Shown: positions 1 through 7,605, numbered from the stretch's first letter. The stretch is DNA of 10,007 nt from a bacterium (GCA_041640655.1 JBEPZV010000071.1:1-10007), one strand, 5' to 3'. The notes: generated from the letters alone by a model not told the origin. Numbers and translations: made by a program.

Positions 1-2
1 GC

Positions 3-632
3 TATTTCCTGGAACATTGGGGGGAGTGGGACGCCTGCCTGAAGCAGGCGAAGACGGTGACCGAACGTCGCCTTTTTCGCTTCCTGCAGCGGCGCGGGGG
101 GGATTATGTGGGGGCCGTCAATCTCATTCCGCGCGAGGAGCTGGCCCTGATTCTCTCGGCCTATCAATCGTTCCTCTGGAACGAGATGGTGCGAGAGATC
201 GTGCGGGAGTGGGCCTCCCCGCTTCTGGAGGTGCGGGGTGTCGTCACGCGGTATGCCTTCTATTTGACGCTCTCGCGCGAAGCGCTCGAGTATTTGCGTG
301 AACTGAAGCTCCCCACGCCCGGCCCCGGCGCTTCTCCGCCGGATCCCTACGCCGAGCATATCTATCGGAAGGTCCTGGAGCGCGCGGGGATCACGTCGGA
401 GAAAGCCCTCGCGCTCAAGAGACTCAGGCGCGCTTATATGAAGGCCGTCCCGCGCGATGTCCTTCTTTTTCCCGAAGGCCTGGAGATGCTGGAGGTGACG
501 CCGGACGACCTCTATCCGGGCCACGTGAAGGCCGTGCTCCTTTTCACGCTGCCGCGCGGAGCCTATGGCACCCTGGTGCTCAAACGCCTCACCTTGCGCG
601 TCTCAGAGACGTGCGGCCGACCCCTTGCATGA
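3..632 (+). CDS. truD: tRNA pseudouridine(13) synthase TruD, C-terminal part (5' truncated by window edge)
   Basis: Frame is open from base 3 (YFLEHWGEWDACLKQAKTVTERR...), so the ORF-track start at 57 is internal. It contains LILSAYQSFLWNEMV (TruD SAyQSxlfN motif) and C-terminal LLFTLPRGAYGTLVLKRL (TruD FxLPxGxYATxxL motif). Stop TGA is at 630-632. Confidence 0.9.
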   Translation, partial: YFLEHWGEWDACLKQAKTVTERRLFRFLQRRGGDYVGAVNLIPREELALILSAYQSFLWNEMVREIVREWASPLLEVRGVVTRYAFYLTLSREALEYLRELKLPTPGPGASPPDPYAEHIYRKVLERAGITSEKALALKRLRRAYMKAVPRDVLLFPEGLEMLEVTPDDLYPGHVKAVLLFTLPRGAYGTLVLKRLTLRVSETCGRPLA

Positions 633-678
633 GCCGAGATCGGGCGTTGAGCTCGCCGCCCTCGGGTTCGCGCCGTCC

Positions 679-882
679 TCATGCGGATAGGGAGGACGTC
701 CACTGTGGCGGCGTGGGCGTGCCGCGCACCTTTTGCCAGAACTCTTGAGCGATCTTGACGCGTTCCTCATGCGTGCGCCCTTGCTCGAGCCGCTGGAATA
801 GCTCATGCAGGAGCTGCTTCCGCCGCTTCATCTTCCGGTGCCGGCGTTGTCGCAGCTCTTGTGCGCGCGTCCCGGCTCCCAT
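679..882 (-). CDS. Small, highly basic hypothetical protein (67 aa); N-terminus resembles DUF6800-type proteins as I recall them (unverified)
   Basis: ATG at 882-880 is preceded on the minus strand by GAAGGAGGGAGAAGAGCG (strong SD) and by a TTGACA-17-TATAAC promoter. It has a basic helix RQRRHRKMKRRK and fills the gap between truD and the next gene without overlap. Confidence 0.8.
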   Translation of the reverse strand: MGAGTRAQELRQRRHRKMKRRKQLLHELFQRLEQGRTHEERVKIAQEFWQKVRGTPTPPQWTSSLSA

Positions 883-890
883 CGCTCTTC

Positions 891-900
891 TCCCTCCTTC
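891..900 (-). promoter_or_regulatory. Shine-Dalgarno site of the small basic ORF
   Basis: Minus strand GAAGGAGGGA lies 8 nt upstream of the ATG at 882. Confidence 0.8.
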
Positions 901-949
901 GGAACATGAAGCTCACGTCTTGAGGGGAGGACCAATCCCGAGGACGAGA

Positions 950-978
950 GTTATAGACGATCTCCAGCGCCGTGTCAA
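950..978 (-). promoter_or_regulatory. Sigma70-type promoter for the small basic protein
   Basis: Minus strand reads TTGACA (978-973), 17-nt spacer CGGCGCTGGAGATCGTC, TATAAC (955-950). This is 11/12 consensus with optimal spacing in GC-rich DNA. Confidence 0.85.
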
Positions 979-1093
979 AATCTGGGCGCGGGCCTTCGTC
1001 TCAACCCACCGAGACATCTGCACGCACGATCCCTTGAAGTCAGACGATCGCCCTGCCGCCGGACGTGCGCTGCTCTGACCGAGCGTGAGAGCG

Positions 1094-1123
1094 AGGGGAT
1101 GACCTTGCGCGGATCGTCCCTAC
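1094..1123 (-). repeat. Possible degenerate GTAG-type REP / short hairpin downstream of the large minus-strand gene
   Basis: Minus strand GTAGGGACGATCCGCGCAAGGTCATCCCCT is a GTAG tetranucleotide followed by an imperfect palindrome (GGGACGATC...GGTCATCCC). It is single copy in this window. Confidence 0.35.
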
Positions 1124-1140
1124 GGTGGGGTCGGCACTCT

Positions 1141-4100
1141 TTATGAGGCGCGCAGGATCTCGCGCGCGAGGGCGTTCTGGGGGTCGCGGCGCAGGATGCG
1201 TCGGGCCCATATGCGGGCTTCTCGTTTCTGACCGCTGCGCCAGAAGGCCTCCGCCAGTCCGAGATAGCTCTCCAGATGCAGCGGATCACGATCCAGAGCT
1301 TTTTGAAATTGCTCGCGGGCTTCGCGAAACTGCCCCGCATTCAGGAGGAAGAGCCCGTAATTGTAGAAGGCCAGCGCCTGATCCGCGTGATCGCGCGCGA
1401 TTTCTTCAAAGAGGGCACGGGCGCGCGTGGTCTCTCCCAGCTCGGCGTGAATCATCGCCAGAAGCGTGCGCGCCTGGAAGTCGTGTGGATCAGCCTCCAC
1501 GCTTCGGCGAGCGAAGGTCAGCGCTTCCGTCCATTCCCCTTGTTGAAATCGGATCATGGCCAGGTGAAACAGTGCGCGGCCATTTCCCGGATCGAGCGCG
1601 AGCCATCTCCGGCAAGTCTCCTCGAGCGCCGCCAGCTCGTTCGCTCCGGCCAGGCAGGCCGCGTATTGGCTCAGGAGTCGGAGGGCTCCGCGTGCTCGTG
1701 AGGTCCGCTCCACGCTCTCGCGCAGGAGCGCCAGGCACGCGTCGTAGCGGCGTTCCTCCTCGTACCACGCCGCCAGGGCGAGTCGCGCCTCGAGGTTCTG
1801 CGGATCGTCCCGCACCAGTCGCGTGTAGAGAGCCTCGGCTTCGATGCGGTGTTCGCGCGTGCGCGCGACGCGTCGCAGCCCCGCCAGGGCCTCGGCCGCA
1901 TGGGGATTGCGTTCGATCGCTCGCCGATATTCGCGAAAAGCTTCGGCGAAGCTCTCGGCGCGCTCATACATGCGCCCTTTGTGTTGAAAACTCTCCCAGG
2001 TCGCGCGCTGCGACACGTCCTGGACGGCTCGAGGCGGGAGCAGCGTGCGCGGGAATTCCAGAAGCGCCTGCACGTTCGATCGGCTCGTCTGCGCATGCAT
2101 CGCGCGCGGGCTGGAGAACTCCAGAAGGGGATGATCGTCCGTGTGCAGCGGGGCCCCCTGAGCGAAGCGCGCGAGATCCTCGCCGTGCATCACGTAGAGG
2201 CTGAGCAGGGCGTAGAGGTCCACGATGCCCAACCGGTGAAGATCCGCTCTCACCTCGGCTCGGGAGAAGTTCCGCCCGATGCGCTCAAGATCCAGATCGA
2301 AAGCCGGGTCCTGAGCTCCGATGAGGAGGAGGTCGTTCTCGTTGAGCGCCCAGAGGAACGTCCGCGGGAAGACGGTGTGAAACGTCCGCAGCAACATCTT
2401 CAAGTCCGACAAGGGCATGTTGTACGTGTGGAACCATTGACAGACGAGCCCGCGCTCGGTCAGGCGCGCCCGCATGAGGTGGAAGAATTCGCGGGTGAAG
2501 AGCGCGCCGACGCCCGCGATCCAGGGATTCGAAGGCTCGGAGATGATGACGTCGTAAGCCTCTCGGGTGAACAGGAGGTAACGGCGCGCATCGCCGAGGA
2601 TCAGGCGCGCGCGGGGATTGTCGAGGACGCGGTCGTTGACGTGTTCGAAGAATCGAGCCGCGCTCACGACTTCGGGGGAGATCTCCACGATGTCCACGCG
2701 CTCGAGCGGGTACAGGAGGGCCGTGCCGGCGGTCACGCCGCTCCCCAAGCCGATGACGCACGCGCGTCGGGGCCGCTCGGCCAGAAGAAGGGGCAAGTGC
2801 GCGAGCAGTTTTTGCGTCAGCATATCGGCGCCGCCATCGCTCGCATCCACTTTCCCATCGAGCGAGAGTTGATGCTCCTCTCCCACGCGGCGGACGGCGA
2901 CGGTCGCCATCGCGCCCTCTCGGTAATAGAGCAGGTCGCCGCGGTGCGCGATGACATCGGCATCCACGCCGGCGTAATACGGCGCATACTTGTAGAGCCC
3001 GGCCGAGAGCCGCTCGACATCCCAACGCGGGAGGAGCGCGAGGGTGAGCAGGAAGAGTCCAAGAATCCCCATGCCGAAGCCCAAGCGGAGGCTCCAGCGC
3101 ATCGAGAGCTGAAGGAGGAGGAGCAGACCAATCCCCGCGTTGAGGGCGATGCCGATCCAGAACGTGCGTTCGGTCCCCACGTTCGGGATGAAGAGGAAGC
3201 CCGTGAGCAACGCGCCCGAAACGGCGCCCGCGGTGTTGGCGGCCAGGATCCGACCCACGTGTCTCCCGATCGTTCGCTCCTCTCGCACGGAGAGTTTGAC
3301 GATCACGGGGAACGTCGCGCCCGAGAGTAGTGTGGGAACGATCAGGAGGCCGACGATCATCATCGCCTGTAGCAGTTGAAGCCGCGCATAATGATCGGCC
3401 TGCGCCTGCACGATCTCGCTCACAAGAAGCGGCAGGCGATTGAGGATGGGGAGCGTCGCAGCGACCGAGAGCCCAAGGAGGATGTAGAGACCGGCGAGCC
3501 ACGCCGTGAGTCTCGCGGGACCATCGGCGCGTTCTCCCCACCGATCGCTTCGCGAAGCGAGCAACCGACTTCCGAGGGCCAGGCCCGAGATGAAGACCGT
3601 CAGCATGAGGCTGAAGGCGTAAACGGTCGGCCCCAGCAAGAGCGCGAGGACCCGCGTGTACGCGACTTCATACAGGAGGGCCGTGAATCCGGAGAGGAAG
3701 ATGACGAGCGGGAGCAATGAGGGGGATCGAGGACGCATCGTGCCGTTGGAGGGTATCTCGGTGTGACGCGCGGCTACGCGGGAGACCTCCGCATGGCCTT
3801 CGGCGGAGACCGCGCGCGCGCAGACGAGAGCGATCAGGGCGACGAAGATATTGATCGCCGATGCCAGGATCTGCGATCGGTGCAGACCGAGCGCGGGGAC
3901 GAGCAGAAAGCCGCTGCTGAAACTGCCCAGAGCCGCGCCCAGGGTGTTGACGGCGTACAATCGACCGATTTCGCCGCCAAGGCGTTCGCCGCGTCCTCGA
4001 CCGAAGAAGACGCTCAACACCGGGAAGGTCCCGCCCATGAGCATCGTGGGAGGGAGCAGAAGCGTCGCGCTGATGACGGCTTCTGCGAATGCGAGGGTGT

Positions 4101-4443
4101 GAGGAGACCCCATGTGGCCGAAGGAGACCAGCAGCGTTTCGATCCGAGATCGGCTTCCCGGCAGCGCGAGTCCCCAGAGCCCAATGCCGAGCTCCATGAG
4201 GGCATAGACGCGCAGAGTCTCCGAGGGACCAGGCCATCGCTTCGTCCATCGCCCGAAAAAGTAACTGCCGAGCGCCAGCCCGCCCATGAAGACCGCGAGG
4301 ATGAGGCTCGTGGAGAAGAGCGTGTTGCCCAGCGTCAGCGAGAGCGCGCGCATCCAGAGGACTTCATAGAGAAGGCCGCAGAATCCCGAGAGCAGGAAGC
4401 TGACGAGCAACGCTGTCTGCACGCGAGCCGCGCGGTTCGACAT
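1141..4443 (-). CDS. Fused MFS-like membrane domain / spermidine-synthase-like SAM-binding domain / C-terminal TPR protein (1100 aa)
   Basis: The N-terminal ~470 aa are polytopic with family motifs SGFCGLLYEVLWMR, PTMLMGGTFP and GRLYAVNTLGA. The central Rossmann region has LSLDGKVDAS, VIGLGSGVTAG, VEISPEV, GDARRYL, YDVIISEPSNPW, LFTREFF and TDDHPLLEF. The last ~280 aa are TPR-like (e.g. ALAFYNYGLFLLNAGQFREAREQFQKALDRDP). Confidence 0.92.
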   Translation of the reverse strand: MSNRAARVQTALLVSFLLSGFCGLLYEVLWMRALSLTLGNTLFSTSLILAVFMGGLALGSYFFGRWTKRWPGPSETLRVYALMELGIGLWGLALPGSRSRIETLLVSFGHMGSPHTLAFAEAVISATLLLPPTMLMGGTFPVLSVFFGRGRGERLGGEIGRLYAVNTLGAALGSFSSGFLLVPALGLHRSQILASAINIFVALIALVCARAVSAEGHAEVSRVAARHTEIPSNGTMRPRSPSLLPLVIFLSGFTALLYEVAYTRVLALLLGPTVYAFSLMLTVFISGLALGSRLLASRSDRWGERADGPARLTAWLAGLYILLGLSVAATLPILNRLPLLVSEIVQAQADHYARLQLLQAMMIVGLLIVPTLLSGATFPVIVKLSVREERTIGRHVGRILAANTAGAVSGALLTGFLFIPNVGTERTFWIGIALNAGIGLLLLLQLSMRWSLRLGFGMGILGLFLLTLALLPRWDVERLSAGLYKYAPYYAGVDADVIAHRGDLLYYREGAMATVAVRRVGEEHQLSLDGKVDASDGGADMLTQKLLAHLPLLLAERPRRACVIGLGSGVTAGTALLYPLERVDIVEISPEVVSAARFFEHVNDRVLDNPRARLILGDARRYLLFTREAYDVIISEPSNPWIAGVGALFTREFFHLMRARLTERGLVCQWFHTYNMPLSDLKMLLRTFHTVFPRTFLWALNENDLLLIGAQDPAFDLDLERIGRNFSRAEVRADLHRLGIVDLYALLSLYVMHGEDLARFAQGAPLHTDDHPLLEFSSPRAMHAQTSRSNVQALLEFPRTLLPPRAVQDVSQRATWESFQHKGRMYERAESFAEAFREYRRAIERNPHAAEALAGLRRVARTREHRIEAEALYTRLVRDDPQNLEARLALAAWYEEERRYDACLALLRESVERTSRARGALRLLSQYAACLAGANELAALEETCRRWLALDPGNGRALFHLAMIRFQQGEWTEALTFARRSVEADPHDFQARTLLAMIHAELGETTRARALFEEIARDHADQALAFYNYGLFLLNAGQFREAREQFQKALDRDPLHLESYLGLAEAFWRSGQKREARIWARRILRRDPQNALAREILRAS

Positions 4444-4458
4444 AGCTTCGGCGCTCGG

Positions 4459-4488
4459 AGTCTACCTGACGGGGAGACTGGGGGTCAA
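4459..4488 (-). promoter_or_regulatory. Candidate sigma70 promoter for the MFS/spermidine-synthase-like gene
   Basis: Minus strand TTGACC (4488-4483), 18-nt spacer, TAGACT (4464-4459). The -10 box ends 15 nt before the ATG at 4443. Confidence 0.6.
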
Positions 4489-4534
4489 TTCGGTCCGGGC
4501 CCCACCAAGGCATCTCCTCGCGAAAAAATCCCGC

Positions 4535-4563
4535 TTGCCATCCGGCGGAGGATGTGATATAAC
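4535..4563 (+). promoter_or_regulatory. Sigma70-type promoter with extended -10 for the TonB-dependent receptor cluster
   Basis: TTGCCA (4535-4540), 17-nt spacer, TATAAC (4558-4563), preceded by TG at 4555-4556 (TGnTATAAC). An A-tract (GAAAAAA) lies just upstream of the -35. Confidence 0.8.
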
Positions 4564-4586
4564 AGCGCCGCGTTTGAGCTCAAGCT

Positions 4587-4597
4587 AAGGAGGAGGT
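4587..4597 (+). promoter_or_regulatory. Shine-Dalgarno site of the TonB-dependent receptor
   Basis: AAGGAGGAGGT ends 5 nt before ATG 4603. Confidence 0.85.
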
Positions 4598-4602
4598 AAG
4601 GC

Positions 4603-7479
4603 ATGAGGAAAAGGTGGCTCGGTCTCGCACTCGCTCTTCTCCTCAGTGCACCGTCCTTTCCGCTGTTCGCTCAGGAGATCACCGGTCACATCAACGGACG
4701 CGTCACGGATGAGAAGGGCGATCCTGTTCCCGGAGTGAAGGTCACGCTCGCGAGTCCCGTTCTGATGGGCGAGCGGACGACGACGACGAGCGAACTGGGG
4801 ACGTATGCCTTCACGGCCTTGCCGCCGGGGCTCTATACGCTCAAGTTCGAGGCGTCGGGGTTCAAGACGCTCATCCGAACGGACATCGAGGTTCGCGTGG
4901 GCTTCACGGCCACGATCAACGTGAAGCTGGAGGTCGCGGCCATCGAGGAATCGGTGACGGTCGTTGGGGAGACGCCGATTCTGGACGTCTCAGCGACGCA
5001 GGTGGGCGTGAACTATACGGAGCGGCTGCTGAAGGAGTTGCCCACGGCGCGCGACATCTGGGTGACGCTCGCCATGACCCCGGGCATCACCATGATCGGT
5101 CGGCACGATGTCGGTGGAGCGACGGCGGGGACGCAGACGGCGTACCGTAATTACGGCGCGCGCGGTCAGAACTGGCCGAACATTGACGGGGTGATCACGG
5201 CGGAGGGCTCGGAGGCCGCGGGCTTCTATTACGACTATGGCGCGTTCACGGAGATGCAGATCGTGGCGGCATCGCATAGCGCGGAGGTGCCTGTGCCCGG
5301 CACCTTCATCAACACGGTCATCAAGACCGGCACCAATGAGTTTCACGGCGATTTCTACGTGGACTATGAGCGCGAGGGGTGGAATTCCGACAACGTGAGG
5401 GGGCGGAGTTATCGGCTGCCGACGGGCGTGAGCCTCCCACTTGTGGACATGGGCATCCCCCGCGCGGCGAAGATCAAGCTCTACAACGATTGGAATGCCA
5501 ACGCGGGCGGGCGGATCATCCGCGACAAGCTCTGGTGGTTCGCCTCTTGGCGCGATCAGCGCAATCACGCGGGCGCACTTGGTTGGGTCTCCCCGAAGGG
5601 GGAGCGGGATCTCTTCCCCACGCGCTTGCAGAATCAGACGATCAAGCTGACCTACCAACTCACGCCCAAGAATACGATCCACTGGTTCGCACAAGGGGGA
5701 CGAAAGATGCAGCCGTATCGCAATTGGCTGGCGCCGGCGCCGGATCGGTTCACGTCTCCCGATGCCGTGGCGAATCAGGACTCCTGGTCCTGGGCGGGGA
5801 AGGTTCAATGGGTCTCCACGCTCACGCCGAGGGTGCTCTTGGATGTGAACGTGGGGCACATGGGCTACGATTGGCCGCAGCGGCCCTACAGCAATCGCCC
5901 GCGCTATCGCGACTTCAACAACTTGCTCTTTCAGATCGGCCCGCCTGAGGGGGCGTTCTTCCTGAACGAGCAGCGGCGGTGGCAATGGCAAGGACATCTC
6001 TCCTGGCGCGTGGACAATTTCCTGCGCGGGAGCCATAACCTGAAATTCGGCGTCTGGCGGCTCTTCGAAGCCCGACGGCGAACGGAATATGGGGTGTGGG
6101 CCGGCAACGCGCGGGATGTCGTCTATTGGTTCCGCGGCTGCACGGGCGTGGCCCCCAATCTCTCCTGCGATACGGCGACGCCGGTGGAGATTCGCCAGTA
6201 CAACTACCCGTGGTTCTTCCACCACGGCCTGCACACGACCTCGGTCTTCGTCCAGGACGGATGGGAGGTGGGGCGGCATGTCCGACTCAATCTCGGGATG
6301 CGGCTGGACAGCTACCGGAATTTCTGGCGCGATCAGAAGCAACCGGCCGGGCGCTTCCAGCAAGAGTATGTGATCCCGAAGAACGACGACGTGCTCAGTT
6401 GGACGAGCGTCGCTCCACGACTCGGTTTCGTGTGGGACGTGTTCGGCGACACGAAGACTGTGATCCGCCTGAGCTACGGGCGCTATTACTTCAATCCGAG
6501 CACGGATATTGTGGCGGCGGTGAATCCCTCGACGCTCACCTACAAGCGGTTCGCGTGGAATGATAAGAACGGCGATCGGGATTGGTCGCCCGATGAGCTG
6601 ACGTTGATCGCCGTCGTCGGCGGGCAGAACCGGACGCTCGATCCGAACGTCAAGCATCCCTATACGGACGAATTCACGGCAGGGATCGAGCGCGAGCTGA
6701 TGCGCGATCTCTCGGTGCGCTTCAACATCGTGCGAAAGTTCGAGAGGAATCGGTGGACGAGCTTCCCGCTGCACGCGCCCTTCTCGGCCTACGCCGTGCC
6801 CGTGGCGGTGACCGATCCGGGGCGAGATGGGCGGGCCGGCACGTCGGACGATCGTCAGATCACGCTGTACGACATTGATGACGCGGCGCGGCTGGCGAAC
6901 CCGCGCTTTCTCATCGCGACGAATCCGGCCTATCAGAACAACTTCACGGCCTACGAGATCGAAGTCTTCAAGCGGATGTCGCGACGATGGATGCTGATCA
7001 CCGGCTATACGGTCGAGAAGCTCAACGGTTGGACCGAGGGGATCAACGATCAATATCCGACCAATCCCAACGCGCTCCTCAATAGCGCGCGCCATACGTG
7101 GGAGTGGCTCTACAAGCTGCAAGGGATTTACGAGCTGCCGTGGGGATTCCAGTTCAGCACGGTCTTCAAGCACCAGCGGGGAGACCCCTATCGTCGGACC
7201 TTCGCCGCGACGCTTCCGAAGTTGCGAACCGTGACCGTCTTCGCCGAAGGGTTCGATTCCGGCTTGCGCTTGCCGAACGTCAATCTTTGGGACCTCCGGA
7301 TCCTGAAGCGGTTCCGGATCGCCGAGCGGCATCGGGTGGACGTCATGGGCGATCTCTTCAATGTGCTCAATGCGAACACGCCGCTGGAGGTGGTGACGAC
7401 GACGGGCGCGCGCTTCGGGCAGCCGACGCGCATCTTGGGGCCGCGCGTCTTTCGCCTGGCGTTTCGATATTCGTTCTGA
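4603..7479 (+). CDS. TonB-dependent outer-membrane receptor, Oar-like, with N-terminal carboxypeptidase-regulatory-like domain (958 aa)
   Basis: Sec signal peptide (MRKRWLGLALALLL...LFA/Q). N-terminal GHINGRVTDEKGDPVPGVKVTL...LPPGLYTLKFEASGFK domain, TonB-box-like ESVTVVG, plug motif INTVIKTGTNEFHG, barrel motifs SVFVQDGWEV, LNLGMRLD and APRLGFVWDVFGD. C-terminal amphipathic strand FRLAFRYSF ends in Phe. Confidence 0.93.
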   Translation: MRKRWLGLALALLLSAPSFPLFAQEITGHINGRVTDEKGDPVPGVKVTLASPVLMGERTTTTSELGTYAFTALPPGLYTLKFEASGFKTLIRTDIEVRVGFTATINVKLEVAAIEESVTVVGETPILDVSATQVGVNYTERLLKELPTARDIWVTLAMTPGITMIGRHDVGGATAGTQTAYRNYGARGQNWPNIDGVITAEGSEAAGFYYDYGAFTEMQIVAASHSAEVPVPGTFINTVIKTGTNEFHGDFYVDYEREGWNSDNVRGRSYRLPTGVSLPLVDMGIPRAAKIKLYNDWNANAGGRIIRDKLWWFASWRDQRNHAGALGWVSPKGERDLFPTRLQNQTIKLTYQLTPKNTIHWFAQGGRKMQPYRNWLAPAPDRFTSPDAVANQDSWSWAGKVQWVSTLTPRVLLDVNVGHMGYDWPQRPYSNRPRYRDFNNLLFQIGPPEGAFFLNEQRRWQWQGHLSWRVDNFLRGSHNLKFGVWRLFEARRRTEYGVWAGNARDVVYWFRGCTGVAPNLSCDTATPVEIRQYNYPWFFHHGLHTTSVFVQDGWEVGRHVRLNLGMRLDSYRNFWRDQKQPAGRFQQEYVIPKNDDVLSWTSVAPRLGFVWDVFGDTKTVIRLSYGRYYFNPSTDIVAAVNPSTLTYKRFAWNDKNGDRDWSPDELTLIAVVGGQNRTLDPNVKHPYTDEFTAGIERELMRDLSVRFNIVRKFERNRWTSFPLHAPFSAYAVPVAVTDPGRDGRAGTSDDRQITLYDIDDAARLANPRFLIATNPAYQNNFTAYEIEVFKRMSRRWMLITGYTVEKLNGWTEGINDQYPTNPNALLNSARHTWEWLYKLQGIYELPWGFQFSTVFKHQRGDPYRRTFAATLPKLRTVTVFAEGFDSGLRLPNVNLWDLRILKRFRIAERHRVDVMGDLFNVLNANTPLEVVTTTGARFGQPTRILGPRVFRLAFRYSF

Positions 7480-7483
7480 ATCC

Positions 7484-7532
7484 GCGAGCCCATCGGTCGC
7501 TCGACCGGGCGTGAGCGGCCGATGGGGTTCGC
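7484..7532 (+). other. Long GC-rich stem-loop immediately after the receptor stop codon (no adjacent U-tract)
   Basis: GCGAGCCCATCGGTCGCTC (7484-7502) pairs with GAGCGGCCGATGGGGTTCGC (7513-7532): 19 pairs including two G-U, one bulged G, and a 10-nt loop. Confidence 0.75.
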
Positions 7533-7571
7533 CAGATCACGGTTATGGCAGCGAGAGCTGTTTCATCCCCC

Positions 7572-7605
7572 ATCGGTCGAGGACGGCTCCGCTGCCCGAT
7601 TTTTT
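7572..7605 (+). terminator. Weak candidate intrinsic terminator upstream of the M20 gene
   Basis: Imperfect hairpin (CGGC-tcc-GCTG core at 7584-7594, extendable by TCG/CGA or ATCGG/CCGAT) followed by TTTTTT at 7600-7605. Confidence 0.3.

Noticed and set aside
645..654. CGTTGAGCTC resembles the palindrome region at 4571-4583
   Set aside because: Short partial match around GAGCTC in a convergent gap, not near a promoter; likely chance.
603..1340. Alternative small ORFs 603-806(-), 755-1078(+) and 975-1340(-)
   Set aside because: They overlap better-supported genes or the promoter, have R/S/P/C-rich off-frame composition, and lack an SD.
1849..3330. 493-aa plus-strand ORF (and the other plus-strand ORFs between 1125 and 4557)
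   Set aside because: Antisense shadows of the 1100-aa gene. The 493-aa ORF is codon-aligned and ends on a CTA Leu codon of the real gene. No domain signatures.
4990..7332. 780-aa antisense ORF inside the TonB-dependent receptor
   Set aside because: Exactly codon-aligned with the sense gene; its stop is the reverse of a rare TCA Ser codon. This is expected when a GC-rich gene avoids TTA/CTA/TCA. No recognisable motifs.
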